The notes beneath the pieces were generated by a model, which was not told the origin of the DNA, ran no database searches, and was given only the letters and a program-made list of their open reading frames with translations. Positions 1-13,350 of a stretch of 64,000 nucleotides of DNA are shown here, piece after piece; position 1 is the first letter of the stretch, and the number at the start of each line of letters is the position of its first letter. The stretch lies in the NCBI RefSeq assembly GCF_035594765.1, contig NC_085841.1, positions 15,483,636 to 15,547,635 on the forward strand, given 5' to 3'. The position numbers and the translations under genes are program-made. Origin of the DNA: Anolis carolinensis. Taxonomy: Eukaryota.

Positions 1-288
1 AATATAAGCTGTGAATATCAACCCCAAATGCTCTAAAAATAAAAAAGAGCATTTGCAAAATTCATAGGCCGGTGAGATCAGGCTGTTTTTCAGTCTTTGG
101 TCAGTTAAATTCTGTGATTGCACAGCAGGCTGTTGAGTTTAGCAGTATAAAAGTCTTAGGTCTGAAAAATTATAGCTGCTTTATTGGTCCATTTGATATC
201 TTTTTTCACTTCTTGAAATCCATGTTGTCCACTCTGTCCAGAATTCCATGCTGGTATATTATTAATGGAAGGGAGAACTAAACAAATA

Positions 289-611
289 CAGTAGAGTCTC
301 ACTTATCCAAGCCTCGCTTATCCAAGTTTCTGGATTATCCAAGCCATTTTTGTAGTCAATGTTTTCAATATATCGTGATATTTTTGTGCTAAATTCGTAA
401 ATACAGTAATTACAACATAACATTACTGTGTATTGAACTCCTTTTTCTGTCAAATTTGTTGTAAAACATGATGTTTTGGTGCTTATTTTGTAAAATCATA
501 ACCTAATTTGATGTTTAATAGGCTTTTCCTTAACCCCTCCTTATTATCCAAGATATTCGCTTATCCAAGCTTCTGCCGGCTTGTTTAGCTTGGATAAGTG
601 AGACTCTACTG
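289..611. mobile_element. Tc1/mariner (pogo/Tigger-type) non-autonomous MITE, complete
   Basis: TIRs cagtagagtctcacttatccaa / ttggataagtgagactctactg, TA on both sides (287-288, 612-613), internal ttatccaa repeats; a second copy lies at 32387-32676. Confidence 0.9.
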
Positions 612-822
612 TATGTGGGTATAGTTCTTGAAACTCTTTTTTTCTTTTCTCATTTTAAAAGACTGTTAAAAGTTTGATTCAAATAACCTTTGGGTAAACA
701 TGTCTTGAGTTTCATTCACTTATGGTTCCTACTTTCTACACTGTCATATGAACTAAAATGGAAAGCATTACTTTCTTTACTGTATTGGAAAGATAAAATA
801 TTGTTTGGAAAGATAAAATACT

Positions 823-968
823 GTTTCCAATATACCTCACAACCTTTGAAGATGCTTGCCATAGATGTGGGTGAAATGTCAGGAGAGAATGCTTGTGGAA
901 CATGGCCATACAGCCCAAAAAACTCACAACAACCCAGTGATTCTGGGCATGAAAGCCTTTGACAACAT
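823..968 (+). mobile_element. Penelope-like element 3' terminal repeat fragment with degenerate hammerhead motif
   Basis: Homologous to the 3' part of the GIY-YIG-bearing element at 41345-42010 and to 7271-7523. Confidence 0.8.
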
Positions 969-2018
969 ACTGTTTGGGTGTTAGAAAACTGCATAGACAA
1001 AATAATCAAATTCTCCAACTCATTTGCTCTAATATAAGTGTGTTGAGAGTATTCCATAAGATGTAACCATGGTAGTTAAAGTTGAAACATAGGGCCATAA
1101 TTCTGGAATGGGCCTTATTTCCATAGGTATGGAACATTATCATGATATTTTATCAGCATTGCCACTATACCACCACAAGTTTTCCCACACTTTTGTTAAA
1201 TAAATATGGTATAGTTTCAACATGCTTTGTCAGTTGAAAAGCTATAACACCATAAGTGTTCACATTTTCTGTGATTCTTTTTAAAAACAACTGCAAGTAT
1301 GCTCTCCATCAACCATGCTCTGGGCACCATATCTCTCACTCTTTAGAAATCTTTGATAACAGAAAGAAGGCTTCCAATGCACGGCCAAGTGAAAATGGCC
1401 AGATGTAATTGTAAGACTGCATAAATCTAACTATATTGCTGTTGTGGACCACATAAAATGATGTGGTGGGGTAGATTTGGTCCACAGCCTTGCATTTGTC
1501 ATGTGTTGGTAAATTTGTCCTTGTATCAAAAATATAACCACTAAATCCTATATATATATATATTCCACAGATTTATATGAATAGCCAGCCCCACCATCCA
1601 TTGAATTATTACAGCTAGACTGTGAATAATTACATTATAGTAATGTAATACTATATGTGGAATGGGTGGAGAGAGAATAAGGCCATTCAATGTGCTTACC
1701 CTAAGGCTCTAGAATGATTAAGAGGGCTGTGTTCCTCTCTCCAAATTCTGGTCTTTCCGACGAAATATAAAATGCAGATATAGTTGTTATCTAATTATGA
1801 AAACACACTGCACTTCTTTTCTTACTTCCAGTCAAAAGAACTCCTTTGGTAGTCTATAAATCATGCATTCTGAGGTCACGTTCTATTACTGAAAACTGAT
1901 TTGAGGATGAAGCCATTGTGTGCCTTGACCAGACATTAAATTTTCTGCATCCCAAACTTTAATGCTTGGAGGATATATTAATGCCACCTTCAGATATGTG
2001 AATATTTATTTATGTATG

Positions 2019-2145
2019 CATGATCAGCCCTCCATATTCATGGATTCTGCATCCATAGCTTCAACCATCCAAAGCTTGAAAATATATCATTTTTAAAAAT
2101 CCAAAAACCAGACTGAATGTTGCCATTTCATATAGAGGGCACCAG
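2019..2145. mobile_element. Old Tigger/pogo-like MITE fragment
   Basis: cagccctccatattcatggattctgcatcc...caaccatcc matches the copies at 24913-25146 and about 54941-55050. Confidence 0.55.
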
Positions 2146-2163
2146 TTTCCTATGTCATTTTAC

Positions 2164-2207
<44 letters not shown>

Positions 2208-2390
2208 TATTTATACCCCGCCACCATCTCCCCAACGGGGACTCGGGGCGGCTAACATGGGGCCATGCCCAGAGCAATACAATATAATAAAATAAAATAT
2301 AAAAACAACATATCATAACACAATTAAAACAATACAATAGATAATAATATACATTACATCAAGAAGTCAAAGAAACAGTAAAAACAAGGG
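2164..2390 (-). mobile_element. L2-type LINE 3' end with (AAT)n tail
   Basis: (AAT)13 followed by the reverse complement of the L2-type tail (tgttagccgccccgagtcccc...ggcggggtataaataaa); the same tail recurs near 22770, 25610, 27316, 33718, 41195, 45835, 52840 and 60420. Confidence 0.7.
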
Positions 2391-4119
2391 CTGTGTTACT
2401 TAGGACCTCATCACATGGATGGATATTTTTACTAATGTGATGAGGTCCATAAAGCTGGGCACCCACAGATTCTAGTATTTATGTGGTACCAAGACACATT
2501 GTATGCCAAAGGGCACACTATATACATTTATGGATAAAATATGTTCCATTATATATCCATAGGTCACAGGGCAACTTGACATACAATCAGTTTAACAGGT
2601 GTCACTATGATCTTCCAACTTCCTATTCTTCATTTAGTGCTCTTTAACTGGGTGAGAAAATTAGGACTGTATTGTATTTATTTTAACATGTAATGCTGCA
2701 AATAACTTGCATTACCACATTACTGGAAAGATAAGGAAAGACAGAGATCCCTTTTCCCTTTCCTTTCTTTCCTCTCTCCCTCTCCTGCCTCCCCCCCCCT
2801 CTCTCTCTCTTGAAACTTGATAATTTTTCTAGAGTTGTTTGGGAAATGATAGCTGAAGCCTAGATAAATCACAGCCACAATAAACTAATTTCCCTGATTG
2901 ACTGTGCACCCAGGCTGCTGAAGCAAAAGACAGCCACTCATCCCAGCTCTGCAGCCATCTGCTCTCCTATTTCTCCAAGAAGGACTGATTGTTGATTAAC
3001 ACTCTCTATGCAAATGCCTACCCTCTACATGAAGTGCCCTGTAATCATTTGCATAGTATAGACAGAGGAAGAAATTGGTCTATGTAGTAAGGAAGAGAAA
3101 GGATGGCTAGGAGCCCTAGGCTGTCCCGAAGGGTTGGACAGATGCATCCACTTTGGCACCTGTAATTTTGGACAGGCCAAGAGCACCTTATGTCCCAAAG
3201 GCGAAGCCAATAATCAACCAGGGGCTCTTGTAGTGACATGTGTGTTGCTTCGCAGGAAGGTTAAGGATGCTTAGCAGCATGCCAGCTCATCAGACCATGG
3301 AACATAAGTACTCTTTGTAGCAAGAGTGGGAAGCTTTGAAGAACCAATGTAAATTGACATGAAGGAGCAGATTGCAGAAGCACTAGATGTGTTAGTGGTG
3401 GGTGGGGAGAATTGCAGAGTTCCCAAAGAAGTAGCTGTCCTTCCCCTGTACAGGAGAGAGAGAGCCAGCTATACATATTGTCATTCAGATGCCAACTTTC
3501 CCAGTGTTTATGGTTTAACATCACCCAACCAGCATTACCTCTCCACTGCTCTCAGGTTTGAGTTGGGTTGACCTCTCTGGTGTGGCTCACCCCAGAAAGT
3601 GCTTTGTCTGAACACTCTGCTTTTCCCAATGTTGTTCCTATAAAACACCTAAGAAAAAGTGATTGTTCTGTGCCTCCTAGGATTTCACAGGTAAAAAACA
3701 GGCATCTGTTGTGGACCCCATATTAGGAGAAAATATGAAATAAACAATATTTTAAAATATTAAAGTATGTTTGATTTTATTAGCAATCTTTATGAACTTC
3801 TACTCCAAGGGGGCTCACAATCAGACCACCAACCCTCCAAACACTATTGTATATTTCTGGTGGCCATATGCTCTCTATTATTTCTTGTTGTTAATTGCCA
3901 TCAAATAAACTTATGCTGACCCTAAAAGTGAGAGACTTCCAATTGTGGGCTGGGCCTTCGTTGGAAGTCCAGCAACACTAGGATGGGCAGGATGCCCATC
4001 TGTTACTGGATTGTTAGAGAAGCATTCTAGGATACTTCCCAAGCCCCGTCTGATGAGGCCGTGAGTCTGTCCACCTACTATGCTGTCTTCCTCTTTTCCT
4101 ACTATACTCCACCTTACCA

Positions 4120-4580
4120 AGCATTAATATCTTTTTTTTCAAATGAACCTTGTCTTCTTGCATGTCCAAAGCACAAGTCATTTTGGGTTCTGGGGAGACT
4201 TGATTTGCTCTAAGATTTATTCATTTGTCTTATTGACATCATATATGCTCTAGAACCATATTTCAGATTTGATTCTCTTCCTATCAGATTTCTTCATTGG
4301 CCAGCTTCACAACTATACAAAGAAGCTATAATGGAATCAGTAATCCTGATCTTGGTATTCAATTATATATTCTAACATTTCAGGATCTTATCTAGTTGCT
4401 TCATATTATCTTTCCAAATGCAAGTACTGTTCTGATTTCCTGAGTACAGTTTAATGGCTGGGCCAAGATATAGGAGATTTTTTAAACTATTTTACTGTGT
4501 TAATTGTCTACTTTAAAGTTACATAACTCATGCTCGGTCATTATTTTTGTTTTCATATTTATCAGCTGTGACCTTGCCTT
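4120..4580 (-). mobile_element. Degraded RTE/BovB-type LINE ORF fragment
   Basis: Collinear with the RTE fragment at 38130-38630 (gatcttggtattcaat, ttatctagtt.cttcat, cagcttcac). Confidence 0.55.
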
Positions 4581-4889
4581 CTGTATGGCAATTTGATAAA
4601 ACTGCAGTAGTTTATTAACTGGCTCAATTAGATGAAAAATTAACATCTCAGTGTAAATTTATCAGTAGAAAAATGGGATGGGCATGTTTATTGAGATACA
4701 GAGGTCATTTAATATTTTTTTTATAAACAATTAATTTGATGTTCTAGGACTGCACATTTCTAATACAGATATTAATTTTTACAGGATTTTTGACACTTTA
4801 CACTTAAGTATTGAAGATCTAGGACTTACCTGTAAGAGAATAATGAGAAGTATATTTGGACTGTACTAGGAAATTGATTACATCTTAGC

Positions 4890-5042
4890 TTTGTCTTTTG
4901 GGATTTGTACTTTGGTGAAACACCAGCATTTTTGGAAGGGAAGGCAAAATACCTTTTAAGACTACAGCTCCCATGATTCCATAGCACTGAGTCATGGTAA
5001 TTAAAGTAATGTCATACTGCATTCATTCTACAGTGTAGATAC
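4890..5042. mobile_element. PIF/Harbinger-type palindromic MITE, right part
   Basis: Ends actgcattcattctacagtgtagat; same family as 18778-19002 and 50690-50859. Confidence 0.6.
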
Positions 5043-6632
5043 AACCACAGAGAAACCAAATGGGATAGGGAGTTGGTTCTCACTTTGGCAATGGAGACAT
5101 ATAATCCAACAGAGGTTATATGGCTAACTGCCAGCGATGCTTCAGCTTTGAATTTCTGCAGAGTAACAGGTTGGACTAGTTTTGAGCAGGCACCCCTCTC
5201 CATAGCCCCTTGTAGGCTGTAACCCCAAACAGTCTCAAAGACTTCAATTTTTCACTGCAGTCTTTCACAAAATGATACTATCTGTCACCATTTTGTCACA
5301 ACGTGTCTGCATTTTGGAGGGACAGCAAAATAAAATTGAAACGTTTCAGGATAGTACAGGTTTCCTGACAGCTTATGGTGTGGAGGGCAGTGTTATCACA
5401 TTTTTTTTTCATGATTTGCAACAAAAATATCTGAAAACCACAATTAATAAACTGGATGGTTGGAGAGGGCTTTGGGACAATGTTGAGAGCTTCAAGCCCG
5501 TAAAAGTGAATTCTAGGGGCTATTTGCAGGTTGCAGGCTGCACCATGCCACTAAAGATTTCATCCCATGAGGGGAGGGGAAGTGGGGGAAAGTGGAAGGA
5601 AACATCTTTTTTCATCCCTTACTATTGAGGTCCTGTGCCTTTTCATATTTAGGGATGACAGCCATCCTACATCCTTCCTCCGGCTTCTCTCTGTCTTCTG
5701 ACATTGGGAATTGAGCAGCACCCAACTCCAGAAGAGTCTATGCCCCATTTCCCTGCATTGCTGCAATGGAGTCCCATCAAATACCTCACTCTGGAATCTC
5801 CAACAGCACAGTTGTACAGTTCGAAGTGAGCCAGTCAATTCTCCATAACAACAAGATTTCAAGAAACAAGCAGAAGACTAGCCAAAATCCAGTCTTGATT
5901 TAATCCAATAACCAAACTTACAATTGACAAAACTGTCCAAAACTCTACAGAGCAGAGAATCCAAAGAATGGTTTCAAACGTTGCCACCAGCAGTTACTCA
6001 GCACACTGCAAAGCCTTAAATACTACTTTCACAGCTGATTTCTATTTCTGGCCATTGTCTCAGCAATTTTGATTCAATATCTCAGCAGAGATGTTTATCT
6101 TCTCTATTCCAGGAAAGAAGGCACCCAACCAGCATAACCCTTCCTCAGCCTGCTCCACCAAACTCTCTTGTGTTTAGCCTGCACACTGAATAGTTGTTGC
6201 TTCTGGATGTGATTAAGGGAGTTGCTATTCTTGGCTAGGCACAATTTTTCCAGGCATTCCCTCACCCATGCTATTCATGACACTGGGAAACTCCGGAAGT
6301 AATCTTATGTCATATGATGGTCTCCGTATGACTTCATTGCGGCAGTGCAGAAAACTAAGTGAAACCTCTGTGGGATGAAGTCCCTAGATAGTCCTTGGGG
6401 TGACTACTAACTCCTAAAAGAGAACAAAGATGCTAAAAGATGGCTTTTATAAACTAAAAAGTCTGACATGTTTTGGCCTCTGGTTATTCAGGGGGCTATA
6501 CCAAAACCATGTAACATAATTGTATAGTAAACACCTCCACGAAAGTCAGAAAACACTAGGCTGGATCCAGTGTGGTTTAGGATGTGTCTGCTTCTACTAG
6601 AGAAACTTGGTTTAAAGAGCTCAAAGGTACTC

Positions 6633-6934
6633 TTTTTCGTATCAGGAGCAACTTGAGAAACTGCAACTTGCTTCTCATGTGAGAGAATTGGCCGTCTGCA
6701 AGGACGTTGCCCAGAGGACACCTTGATGTTTTTGATGTTTTTACCATCCTTATGGAAGACTTCTCTATTCTCTCATGTACCCATCATGGAGCTGGAACTG
6801 ATAGAGGGAGTGGAGCTTATCCACGCTCTCCCCGGGTTGGATTCGAACCGGCATCCTTCAGGTCAGCAACTCAACCTTCAGGTCATCAGTCCTGCCAGCA
6901 CAAAGGTTTAACCCACTGTACTACCGGGGGCTGT
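6633..6934 (-). mobile_element. tRNA-derived SINE (Anolis SINE2-like), near full length
   Basis: Minus strand has a tRNA-like head with B box GGTTCGAATCC, the body ...gggcaacgtccttgcagacggccaattctctcac... and the tail ...ctcctgatacgaaaaa; imperfect TSD aggtactc/aagtactc. Confidence 0.85.
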
Positions 6935-7270
6935 ATAAGTACTCTGATACAGCTGTAGAGCATCTCTTCACGTAGGCCAAGGGTCCATTAAGCAACCACT
7001 GCCACTACTAGCCAGCAAATCTCTCCCAGAGACTTACTGCATTTCTGGTCACATAGCACCGCACTAAGAATGACATTACCAAAAATGCAGTGTTGCCAAG
7101 AATCCTCTGGGAGGGAACTGCCTGCTAGCAATGAAACAGCTGTGGGTCCATTGGTGGTGTGGACAGTGAATTGGGCCAGATCTAGCCCAGTCCAGCTGCC
7201 CACTCTTCCAAAAGTGCAGATTTACTTCAGGAAGTTCTGGAGTAAATCCCATGTTCTGGGAAAGCTATTT

Positions 7271-7523
7271 AATGCTAACAAAGGTGATTAATTATAACAT
7301 TCACAATGGCCTCCAACAGGCAAGAGTTGTTCCCCCCACCCAGGGACTTCTACAGATATATAAACCTCACTTGCTTAGTTTCTCCATACCTCACAACCTC
7401 TGAGAATGCCTGCCATAGATGTGGGCGAAACGTCAGGAGAGAATACTTCCGGAAGATGGCCATACAGCCCGGAAAACATACAACAACCCTGTGATCCCGG
7501 CCATGAAAGCCTTCGACAACACA
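7271..7523 (+). mobile_element. Penelope-like element terminal repeat (pLTR) with hammerhead motif at 7397-7437
   Basis: Closely similar to 41788-42010, which follows the GIY-YIG ORF; contains a tatataaa box and cct-ctgagaa-stem-gaaacgtc-agg. Confidence 0.85.
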
Positions 7524-7718
7524 ATCCTATGTTCTGTTGAACTGGAAAAATGATCTGAAATCACAAAATGATTGTGGCAAATTCAGCTGTGCATCATATG
7601 GACTTCCTGCAGCAGCTGAATGGTGAGTCCACTTCAATTTGGTTGTGTACAAATAGTTCCTATGATATTAGTGAGTCAAAACAGTGAATCATAACTAAGA
7701 TAACTTTAACTAGACACG

Positions 7719-8985
7719 CATCATAGTGCTGATGAACTGCCTTGTAAGGCATGTGTTTGGATGTGATGGCTTAGTTGCTGGCATATAAGTCAAAGGCATG
7801 CAGCCACCCGGAACATGACCTAGCATAGCACTCCAATTTAGAACATCTTTATATACACTGAACAGAATGTTTTGCAGTGACACTTTGTGAAACACCAATA
7901 AATCAGTTTAATAACTAACTAAATAATATGACTGAACAAAAACATTTGGACCTCATAATCTACCAGTGTCTTCACGTTTATGGGAAAAACAGATCTGGGA
8001 ATTTTCCATCTGTGTTCATAAGCACTGCTGAAAGTCTATGCTCATGAGAGCTTTCTTTTAGATATGGAAAAGAAATTTCTGCATCCACATTTCCTTTATT
8101 GAAAAAAAGAAAAAGAAAGAAAGAAAACATGAATTTCACCCAACATCTACCTCCCATCTTGAGAAATGAAACAAAGTGCTCCTGTCCTTAGAAAATAATG
8201 CATTTTCTAAAAGATAATTTAGTACGCAATATGCACACAGAGATTTGCAGGCATTTTTAAAGCAAATATTTGTAAAGCATGCATAACCATAAAACGTTTG
8301 AAAAAATGTTTGCAAATAAACATTAATTGGTGAGAAAATGTGTAAGAAAAAGTGTAGAAAATGACATACATTGGAGGAAAAGCATCACATGAATTTTTGT
8401 ATGGGAAGAAGCAGAGGGGAGACCTGTTGCCACATGAAACAGAATAGGGATCAAAAATAATACTAGTAGATTTTTTTTAATGGAAATGTTCCTATTTTTA
8501 TCTTCAGATTGGAAATGCCATAGTCCTTAGGCTACAGTGTCTTTCCATCCAAAAGAATTGGGGGGACCTTATAGTCCACATATTTTAAGTTTCTAACTGT
8601 CAGTTCTGATATAAAGTAGGGTTTGGATTCTTTGCTGATTTTCTCTATAAGAGAGCAAAGAACAATTTGAATGAATTTTTAAAAATTAGAAGCTAGTATA
8701 TTTTCACCAGCTAGTATGTTCTTTGTGAGTGTGAATTTCTCCATTTCACAGATTGAAAAAAAAAACTGCAGTTTTATAACAAATCATAAGAAAGATCAAT
8801 GGGGGCAAAATTAGAATTATAGAGTTGGAAGAGACTTCAAAGGTCATCCAATCCAACCATGCCAATAAAATCATCCAGATAAAATAAAATCACACTCCAA
8901 GGCAGCGTATTCCATTGTTGAACAGCTATTAAAAATCACACAACACATTCTAGTGTCAAACAGTTATTAACAAGTTCTAGTTATT
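7719..8985 (+). repeat. Local segmental duplication, copy A
   Basis: Collinear and diverged with 12567-13783 plus 14411-14478 (e.g. gccttgtaaggc.tgtgtttggatgtgat, taatctaccagtgtcttcac, ttttctctataagagagcaaaga). Confidence 0.9.
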
Positions 8986-9775
8986 GAACTCCCACCATGA
9001 AATGAAGAGACCAGGCACAGGAAAAAGTGATCTAAATGACCATTTCCTGATCTATTTATTAAAATAACTTGGAATAACATGTAAAAAGAAAACGAAACTG
9101 TTAAGGGAAATCAATCTGCTCCTCTCAGCCACCTGGAAGGCCATCCTGAGGGCTCTCCCTCCCAAATCTGAGAGTTTTTTTAAGAGTGAGAACCCTCATT
9201 CCAGCCCCAAAGGTAGCTCCCATTTTATGTAAAACTTATAGGAACTGTTGTGGAAGTTTGTAATCAACAATACATTGGCTACAGGGTCCTTCAAAGGCTC
9301 TGGTTTTAACTGTGTAGTTTACTAGCTTTTAACGTGTTAATGAGATTAGGACAGGGCTTGGATAATTGAAGCCCATGATAATTTAGGTGCAGGATAGTCA
9401 ACCAATTCATATAAGGTTTACTGGAAAAAAGCTTAAAACCTAATCTGAGGCTTAAAGAAACTGCAGTTTTTTAATATACCTACTACCTGCAAAGGCTCAA
9501 AGTGGAATATGCAGTCTAAAACTAAATGGAATTCTCCAAACATACTTGAATAGGCGTAAAGCCTAAGCAAAATAAGGGACTCCTAATATCCTGGCAAAGG
9601 CACATGGAATGTATCACATATACTGGCCAACAAAAAATGGAGAAAGCTGGCTGGGATTTCTGGGAGCCACAGTTCAAAACACACAGAAGGCCAAAGCCCT
9701 CCCATGCCCAAAACGAGGCCTGCAACAAAATGAAGCTTTCGCTAATGTGAGACATGAAATAAAATGTAGGCCTTA

Positions 9776-10064
9776 AGTACTGTAGCAGGAGAGGTGGGAC
9801 ATCATGCCACAATTAATGTATAGGATCAAATTAATGTACTGTATAGGATTGATTGTGCCTTCCTCTGAGGCTGAGAGACTGTAACATCCTCCAAATAATA
9901 ACTTGAGCCGGAGAGACTGTAGCAGTACTGTAGCAGGAGAGGTGGGACATCATGCCACAATTAATGTATAGGATCAAATTAATGTACTGTATAGGATTGA
10001 TTGTGCCTTCCTCTGAGGCTGAGAGACTGTAACATCCTCCAAATAATAACTTGAGCCGGAGAGA
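9776..10064 (+). repeat. Perfect 141-bp tandem duplication with 7-nt junction insert
   Basis: 9776-9916 equals 9924-10064; the spacer ctgtagc (9917-9923) copies 9780-9786. Confidence 0.9.
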
Positions 10065-11029
10065 GAGGGACTCCACCAGGCAACAATTTATTAAGAGTTT
10101 ATTCTAAAAATGGGAGCATCCAAACTTCAAGGCCTTCTTGGCTGGTCCTTTATCTTTTGGTCTACCTTGTTCCTTCTTAGGAACCATGATGGTACAACAA
10201 GAACTGTCACAAGCAAAGTATGCGAATCTCCTATTTTGCACTCAGCGTGTGCACCCCCAAAACTATTCCTGAAACCACTCACACTGGGTGGCAGCCTATG
10301 CTATAATTGCTAGCTCAGACAATGGAAATGCACACCTGGCCAGAATGAAATGGTTGCTCCTCAGTGTTGGTAGAACAAATTCTCTGAACAACATGGCTAC
10401 CTTACTTCCAAAAAAGCTCTCTGTAAACCATTAGTACAGGCCACAAAATAATATAGCCTACTACTGCTTGGTAGTAAAGTGGCCATTTTATGATACTTCT
10501 AGTTTGGCAGGGAAGCCATTTCATGTTGGTTTGCCTTGTCTTTTTCACCCCATTATCTCCCTGCTGGCCATGAGGTTAGACCCAAAATCAAAAATGGCCA
10601 CCCATTTCAATGTCAGTGGGGCAGAAAAGAGAGAGGGGCCTGCATGGGGTGAAGAAGACAAGGCAAATTAACAGAGTTCTCAAAGACCACACAATCAATG
10701 TGTAAGGCAACTAATGGAGGTCTAAATGTACAGGGAAAACCAATGGAGCTCTAACATACTAGGGCCGGATGCTAGGGCCGGATGCTGCATGGGGTGCAAT
10801 TAATAGGATGCAATTATAGCTCCCAATGGACCCCATTCACCAGATGTGCCCCCCACAGCTAGAAGGGGGCAAAATGTACTCTGCCCCCCCCCCCCATCCA
10901 CTGAATAAATATGAGTGGTTTGAATGAAATTGTATGAAAGGTATATGATTGGGTCCCGGAGATGCAATTCTTAGACTGAGGCCTGAAAAACTACAAAAGG
11001 CTGGTGAAGGGAAAACGACAAAGGTTGCT

Positions 11030-11292
11030 TTTTTGTGTGTCAGGAGCAACCGGAGTTGCTTCTGGAGTGAGAGAATTGGCCGTCTGCAAGGACATTGCCC
11101 AGGGGATACCCAGATGTTTTGATGTTTTACCATCCTTGTGGGAGGCTTCTCTCATGTCCCCGCATGGAGCTGGAGCTGATAGAGGGAGCTCATCCACACT
11201 CTCCCCAGGTGGGATTTGAACCTGGCAGCCTTCAGCTCAGCAACCCAACCTTGAAGTCATGAGGCTTTTATCCCCTAGACCATCGGAGGCTC
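11030..11292 (-). mobile_element. tRNA-derived SINE (Anolis SINE2-like)
   Basis: Same family as 6633-6934; TSD acaaaggttgct (11018-11029) / acaaaagttgct (11293-11304). Confidence 0.88.
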
Positions 11293-12566
11293 ACAAAAGT
11301 TGCTGAACTGCTGACATTGATGACCAGAAACAAATTATTAAGTCTGTGGTGGAAAACATCATGTTTACAATTCCAGAGACAATAATTCTTTTAAGTTAAG
11401 GAAGTGTTTATGAGGTTCCTTACATTGAGAAAGAAAACCAATTATCAGTTAAGGAAGAACAGCTAACATCTGTCTCAAATGGATAGAATCAGCATCTTTT
11501 AGCTGGAAAACACCTGTCATTCGTTTGGAACAACATGAGCAGAAATATGTTATATAAGAAACACTTTACTATTCCAAAATTGTGTCAGATAGGAGTCTGG
11601 TCCACCTACCATCTTCTCCAAGGAATGGAGGAAGATGATGTATTTGCCGAATGGTAGATTTGTTGGGAATGCAGTCTGGTCTACTTCAAGGTCTCTTTTC
11701 CAAGAGAGGAAAGAAGAGATGGCATGATGAGGAGTGAATGTTTGTGTGTGTGAATTTTGAGTAAAGTGTAATTCTCCTTTGCTTGTGTACCCAAATGTAG
11801 CTATAGTCTGTGTGTCTACTTTCTTTCTCTGTATTGCTCTGTGGTATACTCTGTCTCACTGTGAACAGAGATCTCACTATGAACAAAATAAAAGAACATT
11901 TTAAATGCTTTACAAAGTTTTAAAAGTATTTGTGACCCACGGCCAGGAAAACAAGGGGGGCGAAGATGGTGAAATGAAACTCCGGCAGCTCCAAGGGGGC
12001 AAATGCCGGGCTCTGTGCATGAGGCACAAAGCACAGGGTGCAGTTAGCACTCCCAGTGCAGCCCATCACACTTCCCCTTTCCTGCCCATGTTAACATAGC
12101 ACTCCAATCTAGCACATCTTTATATACACTGAACAAAATGTTTTGTAGTGACATGTCGGAAATGAAAAAGATTTGACAATAACAGGAAAAATGATTTTTC
12201 AGGACTTTGCAATATCACTGAAACTTTGTTTTATTGAACACTTGATAAAAAAGCAACAATGTTATTCCCTTTTCCTGCCTGATAACACAGCAAATATATA
12301 TCTTAGCCCCAAGAGAATATCAGCTTCTCTGATCCATGCCTATCTTTTACACATTTGCCATCTCTCGATGACTATGCCATAGGACAATTGTAAAATGAAA
12401 CAGTTCTTCCCTGGCTCTTTGTTTTCTAAGATGCTTTAGGAGCTGTGTTCTCTCATAAATGTACATATTGCTCCTATCTAAGACTGAGTCATAGATTTCA
12501 CATTTCCTGAGGGCTTTGGGGAGGAATACTTGCTTCCATCATTGTGCAACACTTTGTTGGACACAC

Positions 12567-13317
12567 ATCATGGTGCAGCTAAATTGCCTTGTAAGGCGTG
12601 TGTTTGGATGTGATCACTTGGTTGCTGGCATACGACCACCCAGAACATGACCTGGCTTAGCATAGCACTTCAATCTAGCACATATGTGTATACACTGAAC
12701 AAATTTTTTTGCAATGACATTTTGTGAAACACCAGTAAATCAGTTTAATGAATAAATAAATAATATGACTTAACAAAAACATTTTGGCTTCGTAATCTAC
12801 CAGTGTCTTCACTTTTCTGGGAAAAACAGATCTGGGAATTTCCCATGTGTGTTCATAAGCGGTGCTGAAATCATATGATCAGGAAAGCTTGCATAAGCAA
12901 GGACCTTTACTCCAAATAGAAATTTCTGCATCCACATATCCTTTTTAAAAGAAAACATCATTTTCACCCACCTCTACCTCCCACCCTAAGAAGTGCACCT
13001 GCCCTTTTCTGTAAGATAATTCAGCAGGCAATATGCATACAGAGGTTAGCAGACATCTGGGGCTTTTTATAAGCATATATTTGAAAAATACACATAACCA
13101 TAATAGGTATGTTTGAAATAAATGTTCACAAATAAACATTAATTGGTGGGAAAAATGTGTAAGAAAAAGTACAGAAAAGGGTTTTCATTGGGGGGAATGC
13201 ACCTCATTAATTTCTATATGGGAAAAAGCAGTGGGGAGACCTTTTGCCACATGAAACTGAGTAGGGATAAAAAAAATACTGGTGGAATGTTATTTTTTAA
13301 AAAATAAAATAAAATAA

Positions 13318-13350
<33 letters not shown>

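Noticed and set aside
6840-6930. tRNA gene
   Set aside because: The A and B boxes belong to the SINE head and there is no cloverleaf.
9776-10064. CRISPR-like or satellite array
   Set aside because: Only two identical units with no unique spacers, in a vertebrate context.
10085-10160. Degenerate minus-strand hammerhead or Penelope-like tail
   Set aside because: The core CUGANGA and GAAA are not present; the resemblance is too weak.
11345-12070. Possible solo LTR (tgtgg...tcaca with aataaa)
   Set aside because: No matching TSD and no second copy to define the ends.
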